DNA of 32,000 nt from NCBI GenBank assembly GCA_900234795.1, contig LT962688.1:2850001-2882000 (forward strand), given 5' to 3'. Below are positions 1 to 7,915 of the stretch, in pieces. Position numbers and translations under genes: made by a program. Source of the DNA: Methylorubrum extorquens. GTDB taxonomy: Bacteria > Pseudomonadota > Alphaproteobacteria > Rhizobiales > Beijerinckiaceae. Each line of letters starts with the position of its first letter. Positions within the stretch are counted from its first letter, which is position 1. The notes beneath the pieces were generated by a model, which did no database searches, was not told the DNA's origin, and saw nothing but the letters and a program-made list of their open reading frames with translations.

Positions 1-719
1 TCAATGAAGTAGTCGCGCACGACCGGGCCCGACTCCTTACCGTCGAAATTGATGCCGGCGCCCCACGGCGTCTGGTGACGCTCGGTGAAGAAGGTCTTGG
101 CGTAGGCGTGCAGGTAGTTCCCGGCCGGGCCAAAGTGATTGTAGACGCAATCGATCAGCACCATCAGGCCCTTGGAATGGGCGGTGTCGATCAGGCGCTT
201 GAGGTCGCCCGGGCGGCCGTAGGCCGAGTCCGGAGCGTAGGGCAGCACACCGTCATAGCCCCAGTTGCGCGTTCCCTTGAAGTCGGCGAGCGGCAGCAAC
301 TCGATCGCCGTGACGCCGAGATCGACCAGATCGTCGAGGCGCTTCTCCAGCCCGGCATATGTCCCCTCGGGCGTTGCCGTGCCGACATGCACCTCGTAGA
401 CGATCGCCTCTTCCCAGGGCCGCCCCGTCCATTCTTGGTCGTACCACGCATAGGCGTTGGGGTCGATCACCTCAGAGGGTGCAGAAACGTCCTCGGGTTG
501 GAAACGGGAGGCCGGGTCCGGCACCACGAGGTCGCCATCGATGCGGAAGCCATAGCGCGCACCGGCCTTCACCCCCGGCAGCGTCGTGCGGCGCCAGCCC
601 TCGCCAACATCGGGGATCGGATGGTCCGTCCCGTCGACAACGAGGGTCACGTCCTTGGCGGTCGGTGCCCAAAGGGCGAACCGCACACCGTCCTCGGCAA
701 ACTCGCTGCCGAATCGCAT
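1..719 (-). CDS. treZ: malto-oligosyltrehalose trehalohydrolase (GH13), N-terminal ~239 codons; the gene runs off the window start
   Basis: Absent from the ORF track because it has no stop in the window. My reverse-complement translation from the ATG at complement(717..719) reads MRFGSEFAEDGVRFALWAPTAKDVTLVVDG...VPDPASRFQPEDVSAPSEVIDPNAYAWYDQEWTGRPWEEAIVYEVHVGT...FKGTRNWGYDGVLPYAPDSAYGRPGDLKRLIDTAHSKGLMVLIDCVYNHFGPAGNYL...TPWGAGINFDG. It carries the GH13 NWGYDG and DxVYNH motifs in a TreZ-like arrangement. There is an alternative in-frame ATG at 735..737. The listed + ORF 75..1040 is its antisense shadow. Confidence 0.8.
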   Translation of the reverse strand, partial: MRFGSEFAEDGVRFALWAPTAKDVTLVVDGTDHPIPDVGEGWRRTTLPGVKAGARYGFRIDGDLVVPDPASRFQPEDVSAPSEVIDPNAYAWYDQEWTGRPWEEAIVYEVHVGTATPEGTYAGLEKRLDDLVDLGVTAIELLPLADFKGTRNWGYDGVLPYAPDSAYGRPGDLKRLIDTAHSKGLMVLIDCVYNHFGPAGNYLHAYAKTFFTERHQTPWGAGINFDGKESGPVVRDYFI

Positions 720-919
720 CGTATGGGCACGCCGCATCAGGCCACCGGTCTCCGCTGGGAAAAGGAATCGATCGTCGTTCTGGCTGGCGGGCGTTTCCTG
801 TGTCTCACAAGGCGCCCAGCCAACGCTTGTTCCCCCTCGTCGCAGTTATGTCGGGTTCGAGCGGCGACAACCGCCCGGTGTGACGGATTTGCTGCAGCGC
901 ACGCTGTTTGTTGTCCAAC

Positions 920-954
920 GCACAAAGGGCCCCCCGCATGCCGGCGGGGGGCCC
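920..954 (-). terminator. rho-independent-type terminator downstream of the DUF2852 gene
   Basis: Perfect 11-bp GC stem gggccccccgc (927-937) / gcggggggccc (944-954) with a 6-nt loop, 37 nt past the stop at 991. On the minus strand it is followed by CTTTGTGCG. Confidence 0.6.
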
Positions 955-990
955 TTCACTGGAGCAGCGATCGGTCGAGAAGCGGAACGA

Positions 991-1470
991 TCAGGCTTCG
1001 ATGGTCGGGCCACCGCCCTCTGAGCGGCGCTTGGCCATGAAGGCGTCGAACTGCTCGCGGTCTTTCGCCCGCTTCAGCTCCTCGACGAAGTCGGTAAAGG
1101 CGCGGCTCTCTTCCTGAAGCGCACGGCGACGTGCTTCCAGGCGCTCGAGTTCGGCCCGACGATACTCCTCGAAGGCCCAGTTGCCGGATGTGGCGCTGGT
1201 GCCGGAATACCCCTTCGCCGCCGCGAAAGCGCGGGCGAAGCGCGACCGGCCCTCACCGCCCGCGAAGTTGAAGCTGCCGCTGTTGGCGAACTCCTTCATC
1301 TGGCTGAAGGCGGGATAGCCCGCGATCTTCCAGGCGACATAAGCGGCGGCGACCGGCCACCAGTAGATGAACGCGACGACGATCGCGCCGATTTCGAGGG
1401 AACGCTTGGGAAAAGGACCGCTGCGGTGAGACGCGCCGCAGGACCAGGGAGAGGTGGAGGACGTGTTCAC
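991..1470 (-). CDS. DUF2852-like membrane protein
   Basis: C-terminal part of ORF 991..1563. Start moved to GTG at 1470 (VNTSSTSPW...), which is preceded by GGAG 9 nt upstream. One hydrophobic segment (IGAIVVAFIYWWPVAAAYVAW) is followed by GNWAFEEYRRAELERLEARRRAL...FVEELKRAKDREQFDAFMAKRR, which I recognise as the DUF2852 pattern. Confidence 0.65.
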   Translation of the reverse strand: MNTSSTSPWSCGASHRSGPFPKRSLEIGAIVVAFIYWWPVAAAYVAWKIAGYPAFSQMKEFANSGSFNFAGGEGRSRFARAFAAAKGYSGTSATSGNWAFEEYRRAELERLEARRRALQEESRAFTDFVEELKRAKDREQFDAFMAKRRSEGGGPTIEA

Positions 1471-1637
1471 GGCTGAGGACTCCGGGGTGTGAATGTGAAC
1501 AACATTTACATGCGGACCCGTCTCGGCCGTTTCAAGGGTGCGGCCCCTGAACAGCACGGCCATCGAACGAGGGCGATCAACCCGGATTTTGCCGGCCGCG
1601 GTCGTCGGCCCCGATTCGGCGGCGCGAAAGCCTTGCG

Positions 1638-2297
1638 CTAGCCTCTGTCCTTCGCCCGCCCGCCGGCGCCGTGGACCAGCGCGAGAACGCCCGCGCGCAG
1701 CAATTCGTACTTGTCCGGCCCGGGCTTCGGCAGCTGGCCGGCAGCCGACAGCGTGGCGATGCCGTGCGAGAGCGCCCAGACCTCAAGTGCGAGGAAGCGC
1801 GGGTCAACGCCGTCGAAACCGTCGGGGAAGGTCGTGCGGAGGGCTTCGACCAGAAGGTCGAATGGATTCGGCCGCTCAGGGGCGGGTGCCGGCGCTGCCT
1901 GACCGCGCACTTCGAAGATTGCCGCGTAGTAGCCCGGCTCCTCCTCGGCAAAGGCGAGATAGGCTTCACCCATGCGGGTGAACCGCTCCAGCGGCGTGCC
2001 ACGGCCCGCTAGCGCCCGCGCCAGTCGGTCGGCGAGGTCGGCGAAGCCGCGGCCCGCCACTTCCTCCAACAGAGCCTCGCGCCCGCGGAAATGGCGATAG
2101 AGCGCCGCGGGTGTTACCCCGACCAAGCGGGCGGCATCGACCAGCGTGAAGCCACCGATGCCCCGCTCGGCGATGAAGCGGCGCGCAGCCTCGATCAACG
2201 CCTCTTTGAGGTTGCCGTGATGATAGCTGCGCCGGTCGCCCGGTCCCTCGCGCCAGGGTCGCACCCGTTCACCCTCCTTCGTGCAAACCGAATGCAT
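1638..2297 (-). CDS. TetR/AcrR family transcriptional regulator
   Basis: ORF 1638..2414. The HTH region is YHHGNLKEALIEAARRFIAERGIGGFTLVDAARLVGVTPAALYRHFRGREALL. Start placed at the internal ATG at 2297 (MHSVCTKEG...); 2324 and 2414 are alternatives. Confidence 0.8.
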   Translation of the reverse strand: MHSVCTKEGERVRPWREGPGDRRSYHHGNLKEALIEAARRFIAERGIGGFTLVDAARLVGVTPAALYRHFRGREALLEEVAGRGFADLADRLARALAGRGTPLERFTRMGEAYLAFAEEEPGYYAAIFEVRGQAAPAPAPERPNPFDLLVEALRTTFPDGFDGVDPRFLALEVWALSHGIATLSAAGQLPKPGPDKYELLRAGVLALVHGAGGRAKDRG

Positions 2298-2444
2298 ACG
2301 GTTGCAAGCGATGAAACACCGCATCGGTCCCGCGGCGCGAGCGCGGTGCGTCCGCCTCGGTGCCGCCCCGGCCTTTTCTCCCGAGACGGTCCATGAGTCG
2401 ACCGTCTTTTCCACTCATCCGACTTGACGACTCAATCCGTTTGC

Positions 2445-2463
2445 AATGTTATAAAGTAACATT
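2445..2463. promoter_or_regulatory. Zur-box-like AT-rich palindrome upstream of the COG0523 GTPase gene
   Basis: AATGTTAtaaagTAACATT has 7-bp perfect inverted arms. It is the only AT-rich island in a GC-rich spacer and ends 27 nt before the ATG at 2490. The core ATGTTAT...TAACAT resembles proteobacterial Zur operators as I remember them. COG0523 genes are classic Zur targets. Confidence 0.55.
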
Positions 2464-2489
2464 CTAAACCTGGCCTTCGCGGATGAACC

Positions 2490-3710
2490 ATGTCTGAGAC
2501 CCCCTCTCGCCTCCCCGTCACCGTGCTGTCGGGCTTCCTCGGTGCCGGAAAGACGCCCGTGCTCAATCACGTTCTCAACAATCGCGAGGGTCGGCGCGTC
2601 GCGGTGATCGTCAACGACATGAGCGAGGTGAACATCGATGCCGACCTTGTCCGTGGCGGTGGAGCGGATCTGTCGCGCATGGACGAGCGGCTCGTGGAAA
2701 TGACCAACGGCTGCATCTGCTGCACCCTGCGCGACGACCTGCTGGCCGAGGTTCGCCGCCTCGCCGCCAAGGGCCGCTTCGACTACCTACTGATCGAGGG
2801 TACGGGCATCGCCGAGCCGCTGCCGGTGGCGAGCACCTTCTCCTTCCGCGACGAGGCCGGCGAAGCGCTCAGCGATGTGGCGCGGCTCGACACGATGGTG
2901 ACCGTGGTCGATGCGGTGAACCTCCTGAAGGATTACGGCTCGAACGACTTCCTGCGCCAGCGCGGCGAGACCGCGGGCGCCGACGACACCCGCACCCTGG
3001 TCGATCTGCTGGTGGAGCAGATCGAGTTTGCCGACGTCGTCGTGATCAACAAGGCGCACGACGTCTCGCCGGATCATCTCGACCTCGTGCGCTCGGTGGT
3101 GCGGGGGCTCAACGCGGATGCGCGCATCATCGAGGCGTCCCACGGCCAAGTGCCGCCGGACGCCATCCTCGATACCGGGCTGTTCGACGAGGAAAAGGCG
3201 CAGGAGCACCCGCTCTGGTTCAAGGAACTCTACGGCGCGCACGAGCATGTGCCGGAGACCGAGGAATACGGCATCAGCTCCTTCGTCTACCGGGCGCGCC
3301 GGCCGCTGGATCCGCAGAAGTTCCAGGCGTTCGCCAACACGACCTGGCCGGGGCTGATCCGGGCGAAAGGCCATTTCTGGCTCGCGACCCGGCCGGAATG
3401 GGTCGGTGAATTTTCGCTGGCCGGTGCCGTCGCGCATATCGGCGCGATGGGGTTCTGGTGGGCAGCGGTGCCGCGCCAGCGCTGGCCGGAGGAAGAGGTT
3501 TTCCGCGAGCGCCTTCACACGGTGTGGAGCGAGGTCTGGGGTGACCGCCGCCAGGAACTCGTCTTCATCGGCCAGGGCATGGACCGGGACGCGATCACCA
3601 ATGCGCTCGATGCCTGCCTCGTCGGTCCGGCGGAGGTCCGGCGCTTCGATGCGGAGGCCTATCGCGACCTGCCCGATCCGTTCCCGGCCTGGCGCAGGGC
3701 GGCGGCCTAG
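2490..3710 (+). CDS. COG0523 / CobW-family G3E GTPase (putative zinc metallochaperone, ZigA/YeiR-like)
   Basis: 406 aa with P-loop GFLGAGKT, the metal-binding GCICCTL (CxCC) motif, a VINK NKxD-like motif and a CobW C-terminal domain. Confidence 0.9.
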   Translation: MSETPSRLPVTVLSGFLGAGKTPVLNHVLNNREGRRVAVIVNDMSEVNIDADLVRGGGADLSRMDERLVEMTNGCICCTLRDDLLAEVRRLAAKGRFDYLLIEGTGIAEPLPVASTFSFRDEAGEALSDVARLDTMVTVVDAVNLLKDYGSNDFLRQRGETAGADDTRTLVDLLVEQIEFADVVVINKAHDVSPDHLDLVRSVVRGLNADARIIEASHGQVPPDAILDTGLFDEEKAQEHPLWFKELYGAHEHVPETEEYGISSFVYRARRPLDPQKFQAFANTTWPGLIRAKGHFWLATRPEWVGEFSLAGAVAHIGAMGFWWAAVPRQRWPEEEVFRERLHTVWSEVWGDRRQELVFIGQGMDRDAITNALDACLVGPAEVRRFDAEAYRDLPDPFPAWRRAAA

Positions 3711-3764
3711 AGCCGTATCCGACCCCATTGCATCAGGCCGGTGTCTCTCGATCATTGTTGTGAC

Positions 3765-3808
3765 GCGCTTTCTTTCGCCGAACCGGCGTCCATTTCGGCG
3801 GAAAGCGC
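3765..3808 (+). other. GC-rich intercistronic stem-loop
   Basis: gcgctttc(ttt)cgccgaa pairs with ttcggcggaaagcgc across an 11-nt loop, giving 15 bp with one 3-nt bulge. There is no U-tract. It ends 8 nt before the GGAGGAG Shine-Dalgarno of the 3829 ORF. Confidence 0.4.
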
Positions 3809-3828
3809 TCTAAGCGGAGGAGCGCGGG

Positions 3829-4122
3829 ATGGGCTTCATCAGCCTGAAAGATTGGCGTGCCCGCTCGGCCGGGCTGGCGCAGGCGGCCTCGCGCGCCAAG
3901 GCATTGCTTCACCCGGCCTTCGGCTTGAGCGAGGCGGATGCGCTGTCGGTCAACGAGATTGCCTGCCCCGATCCCGGCTGCCCGGATGTCGAAACGGTGG
4001 TTCTGGTGATGCGGGCCGGCGAGCCGACGCGGGCCTTGCGCTTCCGGGGCCCGCTCGATGACCTGGACGAGGCCGCCGCCCGCGACCTGGCCCTCGAGGA
4101 AGCCGGGCTTCGCGCGCTGTAA
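3829..4122 (+). CDS. small conserved-looking hypothetical protein (97 aa) with a CPDPGC motif
   Basis: Strong SD (GGAGGAG) 7 nt upstream. Third-position GC is high across the ORF. It sits on the same strand directly after the COG0523 gene. I did not recognise a family. Confidence 0.55.
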   Translation: MGFISLKDWRARSAGLAQAASRAKALLHPAFGLSEADALSVNEIACPDPGCPDVETVVLVMRAGEPTRALRFRGPLDDLDEAAARDLALEEAGLRAL

Positions 4123-4205
4123 AGCCGGCTTTCATCATTCCGTCTTGGTCGGCGTGGGAGTAGGCCAGGGGCCAAAACCGATTCCGCCCTGGCCCGAGTC
4201 CGGAC

Positions 4206-4754
4206 ATGACTATCAAGCTACGACCGCTGGAGCGCGAAGACCTCCTCTTCGTGCATCAGCTCAACAACAATGACAGCATCATGCGCTACTGGTTCGAGGA
4301 GGCTTACGAGTCCTTCGCCGAACTGGCGCAGCTCTACGAGCGCAACATTCACAATCAGACCGAGCGGCGCTTCATCATCGCGACGGAGCGTGGCGAGCCC
4401 GCGGGCATGGTGGAGTTGGTGGAGATCAACCATCTGCACCGCCGCTGCGAGTTCCAGATCGCGATCCACCCCGACCATCAGGGGAAGGGCTACGCCAAAC
4501 GCGCGACCCGCATCGCCATCGACTACGCGTTCAAGGTGCTCAACATCCACAAGCTCTACCTGCACGTGGACAAGGACAACAAACGCGCGGCCGGCATCTA
4601 TGAGAGCTGCGGCTTCCGCCCCGAGGGCATTCTCAGGGACGAGTTCTTCGTCAACGGCCGCTACCGCGACGCGGTGCGCATGTGCCTGTTCCAGCCCCAT
4701 TATCTGGCCGAGCGCGGCGCGGGCGACGTCGCCGAGCCGGTGCTCAAGACCTGA
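4206..4754 (+). CDS. speG: spermidine N1-acetyltransferase (GNAT)
   Basis: Nearly colinear with E. coli SpeG as I remember it: [33 protein letters not shown]...IH.Q.ERRF...[24 protein letters not shown]...LYL.VD..N..A..IY...GF..EG.L..EFF.NG.YR...RM. Confidence 0.9.
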   Translation: MTIKLRPLEREDLLFVHQLNNNDSIMRYWFEEAYESFAELAQLYERNIHNQTERRFIIATERGEPAGMVELVEINHLHRRCEFQIAIHPDHQGKGYAKRATRIAIDYAFKVLNIHKLYLHVDKDNKRAAGIYESCGFRPEGILRDEFFVNGRYRDAVRMCLFQPHYLAERGAGDVAEPVLKT

Positions 4755-4771
4755 CGCCCTCGAAACGAAAA

Positions 4772-4789
4772 CGGGCCCCGAAGGGCCCG
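4772..4789. terminator. hairpin between the convergent speG and 4818..5231 genes
   Basis: cgggccc-cgaa-gggcccg: a 7-bp perfect stem with a GNRA-like loop. It lies 18 nt after the speG stop and 29 nt after the stop of the minus-strand gene. Confidence 0.5.
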
Positions 4790-4817
4790 CTCCATCCGTC
4801 GCTGAGACGCGTAATTC

Positions 4818-5231
4818 TTACCGGTACGGGTTGCCGTAGCGCGCCACGTAGGAGGTCGGGTCGATCGCGTCGACGGCCGAAAAATCGACATTGCGGATCG
4901 CCGTCGAGCGCGCGCCGATGAACGGGCCGTTGGTGATCGGATCGGGCAGCACACCACGACCGTAACGGTCGGTCGGGCCGTAGGGCGGCAACAGTGCGTT
5001 CGAGGCAGCGATGAAAGCCGGGTTGGTCGCCGGGTTCGCCACCGAGCCGTTGCCGGGCTCAACCACATTGCCGGCATCGAGCCAGGAGCGCGGACGGATG
5101 CGGATCGGAAGCGGCTGGCTCACACGCACATAGCCGGGGTTACCGTAGGGGCCCTGGGCCTCAGCACTGGTTCCGAAGCCGATCGCGGTGAGGGTCATGG
5201 CGCCCAACAGGGCGAGCTTGGAAAAGCGCAT
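4818..5231 (-). CDS. secreted hypothetical protein (137 aa, Sec signal peptide)
   Basis: The N-terminus MRFSKLALLGAMTLTAIGFGTSAEA-QG is a textbook signal peptide with an AxA cleavage site. Codon third positions are GC-rich. No family recognised. Confidence 0.7.
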   Translation of the reverse strand: MRFSKLALLGAMTLTAIGFGTSAEAQGPYGNPGYVRVSQPLPIRIRPRSWLDAGNVVEPGNGSVANPATNPAFIAASNALLPPYGPTDRYGRGVLPDPITNGPFIGARSTAIRNVDFSAVDAIDPTSYVARYGNPYR

Positions 5232-5344
5232 GGCGTACCTTGTCGTGTGAGAGCCTACGGTACGGGCCGTTCGTTAAGAATCCCGCTTGTTGCAGAGTAG
5301 ACGTTCTGGCGTGGCCGTTGTTCCGCGAATATGGCCGCGCTTTA

Positions 5345-6187
5345 TCATTTTCGCCGCGTTTTTGCCGTATTGTTTTTCGTCGGCGCCTCGGCGATGGCGA
5401 TCGAGCCGGTGCTGTCGCCCGGCATCGCGGCGGCCTCTTCGATCCGGCAGGCGCTCGCACCGGTCAGGGCATCGGCGCCGAGCGCTGCCGTCACACGGCC
5501 GGCCAGCGTGATCCGGTCGATGGCGCAGGCAACCGAGCGGGGTTCCGGCGCCTGCCCGAGGATGCCGCACAACCAGCCGTCGATCGCCACCGCCTTCAGG
5601 TCGAGGCTGCGAAAGCCGGTGCAACTGCGCTTGCCTGCCGCCGACAGCGTGGCCTCGACGGTCTCGAAGCTGCCGAGGGTGGTCGCGACGATGCCGCGCC
5701 CTCCGGTGCGGATGACGGAGAGGCCGCGCCCGTCGGCCGCCCGGCGCACCAGCGTCACGAACAGGCTGGCACCGGGCTCGGCTCGGCCGCCCGCATCGGT
5801 GGCGGTGAGGAGGAGGTACGGCGCCTCGATCATGTCGAACGCGCCCTGGCTCACGCTGTCCTCACGCTGTCCGTTGCCGGAATTCCACCGCGTCGGTCCG
5901 GGCTGGGGCGGCAACTCGGCCGCGTCGTCCCGCAGCGTCAGCAGCGGCTCCGTCGCGGCCATCGCCCGGCGTGCGCCCTCGGCGGCCCGCGGCGGTTCAC
6001 TCCAAGACTGCGGCGGCTCGGGTGCCGCGGCCCGATCGCGGGCGACCAGGGAGAGCCCGGCGATCAGGGCCGCACTGGCCGCGAGCTTAGCCGCCAGCCG
6101 CAGATGGCCGAGGGGACGGGGACGGGGACGGGGCAGATCCTGGAAATCGTCGGATCTGTCGAAGGCGTCGTCCGGATGGGGGAGCAT
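5345..6187 (-). CDS. membrane-anchored hypothetical protein
   Basis: ORF 5345..6337. Start tentatively at the internal ATG at 6187 (MLPHPDD...); 6337 is the alternative. It has one TM segment (LAAKLAASAALIAGLSLVA) and a GC3-rich frame. The overlapping + ORFs are Arg/Ser/Pro-rich shadows. Confidence 0.55.
   Translation of the reverse strand: MLPHPDDAFDRSDDFQDLPRPRPRPLGHLRLAAKLAASAALIAGLSLVARDRAAAPEPPQSWSEPPRAAEGARRAMAATEPLLTLRDDAAELPPQPGPTRWNSGNGQREDSVSQGAFDMIEAPYLLLTATDAGGRAEPGASLFVTLVRRAADGRGLSVIRTGGRGIVATTLGSFETVEATLSAAGKRSCTGFRSLDLKAVAIDGWLCGILGQAPEPRSVACAIDRITLAGRVTAALGADALTGASACRIEEAAAMPGDSTGSIAIAEAPTKNNTAKTRRK
6113..6133. repeat. tandem hexanucleotide repeat (GGGACG x3.5)
   Basis: gggacggggacggggacgggg on the plus strand. 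It encodes PRPRPRP in the minus-strand hypothetical protein. Confidence 0.9.
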
Positions 6188-6553
6188 GCGCAGGCCTTTA
6201 TCGGGTCCGCGGGGCCGCAAAGGCCCTCGCCGTTGCCCGATCTCTGCCCCGGCGCCCGCCACCAGCGGGTTGAGGAAACACGGCCTGTCCTCGGATTCCT
6301 CGTCCGATGGTGAATGCCGGGTTGCCGCGCGCACCATCCTGTCACGTCTGCGCAGCCACGGCCGGCAGCTGCCCCTTGACAGGGGAGCACGGCGGGCATC
6401 TTGCTCCGGGTGCTTTGAGAGCCCACCTCGACGAACCGGGGCGGGTTCTTCAGCCTATGGAATCTTCCCGAACCTAGGCCCGAGCGGTGCGTCCGCCGGC
6501 TACGGGAAGAGGCGGTCCGGTGACATCCGGCCCGCGCAGCGGAGTTTGGTGAG

Positions 6554-7588
6554 ATGGGTTACAAGGTCGCCGTCGTCGGAGCCACGGGCAATGTGGGCCG
6601 CGAAATTCTCGACATCCTGGCCGAGCGCGCCTTCCCGGCCGACGAGGTCGTGGCGCTGGCCTCCAGCCGGAGCCTGGGCCAGGAAGTCTCTTTCGGCGAC
6701 AAGGTTCTCAAGGTCAAAACGCTCGACACCTACGACTTCTCCGACACCGACATCTGCCTGATGTCGGCCGGCGGCGAGACGTCGAAGGAGTGGAGCCCGC
6801 GCATCGGCAGCCAAGGCTGCGTGGTGATCGATAACTCGTCCGCGTTTCGCTACGACGCCGACGTGCCACTGATCGTGCCGGAGGTGAATGCCGACGCGGT
6901 GGTGGGCTTCTCCAAGCGCAACATCATCGCCAACCCGAACTGCTCGACCGCGCAGCTCGTCGTCGCGCTCAAGCCGCTGCACGAGGCGGCCACCATCAAG
7001 CGCGTCGTGGTCTCGACCTATCAGTCCGTTTCCGGCGCCGGGAAGGAGGCGATGGACGAGCTGTTCAGCCAGACCCGCGCCGTCTTCACCGCCGGCGAGG
7101 TGGTGACGAAGAAGTTCACCAAGCGGATCGCCTTCAACGTCATCCCCCACATCGATGTGTTCATGGAGGATGGCTACACGAAGGAAGAGTGGAAGATGGT
7201 CGCCGAGACCAAGAAGATGCTCGATCCCAAGATCAAGCTCACGGCGACCGCGGTGCGGGTGCCGGTCTTCATCGGCCATGCCGAGTCGGTGAACGTCGAG
7301 TTCGAGCGCCCGATCTCGCCGGAGCAGGCGACCGAGATCCTGCGTGCGGCGCCGGGCGTGCTCGTGATCGATAAGCGCGAGAACGGCGGCTACATGACCC
7401 CGCACGAGGCGGCGGGCGAGGATGCGACCTACATCTCCCGCATCCGCGAGGACGCCACGGTCGAGAACGGCCTGAACTTTTGGTGCGTCTCAGACAACCT
7501 GCGCAAGGGCGCGGCGCTCAACGCCGTGCAGATCGCCGAGGTTCTGGTGAACCGCAAGCTGCTGAACAAGGCCAAGCAGGCCGCCTAG
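6554..7588 (+). CDS. asd: aspartate-semialdehyde dehydrogenase
   Basis: 344 aa with the N-terminal VAVVGATGNVG Rossmann motif and the active-site NPNCSTAQL. Length and architecture are typical of the alphaproteobacterial type. Confidence 0.95.
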   Translation: MGYKVAVVGATGNVGREILDILAERAFPADEVVALASSRSLGQEVSFGDKVLKVKTLDTYDFSDTDICLMSAGGETSKEWSPRIGSQGCVVIDNSSAFRYDADVPLIVPEVNADAVVGFSKRNIIANPNCSTAQLVVALKPLHEAATIKRVVVSTYQSVSGAGKEAMDELFSQTRAVFTAGEVVTKKFTKRIAFNVIPHIDVFMEDGYTKEEWKMVAETKKMLDPKIKLTATAVRVPVFIGHAESVNVEFERPISPEQATEILRAAPGVLVIDKRENGGYMTPHEAAGEDATYISRIREDATVENGLNFWCVSDNLRKGAALNAVQIAEVLVNRKLLNKAKQAA

Positions 7589-7612
7589 CCTTTCACGGCC
7601 CTGACCATTTCG

Positions 7613-7647
7613 AAACGCCGTCCTTGACCGGGGCGGCGTTTTCGTTT
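7613..7647 (+). terminator. rho-independent terminator of asd
   Basis: aaacgccg (7613-7620) pairs with cggcgttt (7634-7641) and is followed by tcgttt. It starts 25 nt after the asd stop. Confidence 0.65.
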
Positions 7648-7698
7648 GGGGGATCGTCCAAAGTGGGTGCACGACCCACGACGTTGAGTGGGTTGTTT

Positions 7699-7731
7699 TC
7701 TAACATATGTAAGAAACAATCAGATGTTAGA
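7699..7731. repeat. AT-rich inverted repeat TCTAACAT-N17-ATGTTAGA
   Basis: 8-bp perfect arms at 7699-7706 and 7724-7731, inside the only AT-rich patch of the asd/vat intergenic region. Confidence 0.8.
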
Positions 7732-7915
7732 GGCGGCCCATACCCGCTTCCGACCTCTGCCAAATGCCTAACCGTCCGACAAAGCGCCCGATGCGTCTCT
7801 CATTGTGGGAGGTCGTGCTCTTCGTCCTGCTGCTCGCTTGGATCGCGGCGGTTCTGGCCACCGAGCACGGGCCGATGAAGCTGGCGCCGCCCCTGGTCCC
7901 CTACGGCACCACCGA

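Noticed and set aside
75-1040. 321-aa + strand ORF, the longest listed ORF at the left edge
   Set aside because: It is antisense to a clear TreZ/GH13 reading frame that runs off the window. Its translation is Arg/Gly/Ala/Pro-rich with no recognisable motifs, a typical high-GC shadow ORF.
5240-6761. + strand ORFs 5240..6313 (357 aa) and 5331..6761 (476 aa)
   Set aside because: Extremely Arg/Ser/Ala/Pro-rich low-complexity translations. The second runs into the asd gene. The minus-strand frame 5345..6337 has a TM helix and GC-rich third positions, so these were treated as shadows. The hypothetical gene itself remains only moderately supported.
6500-7405. 301-aa minus-strand ORF
   Set aside because: Antisense to asd, which is unambiguous.
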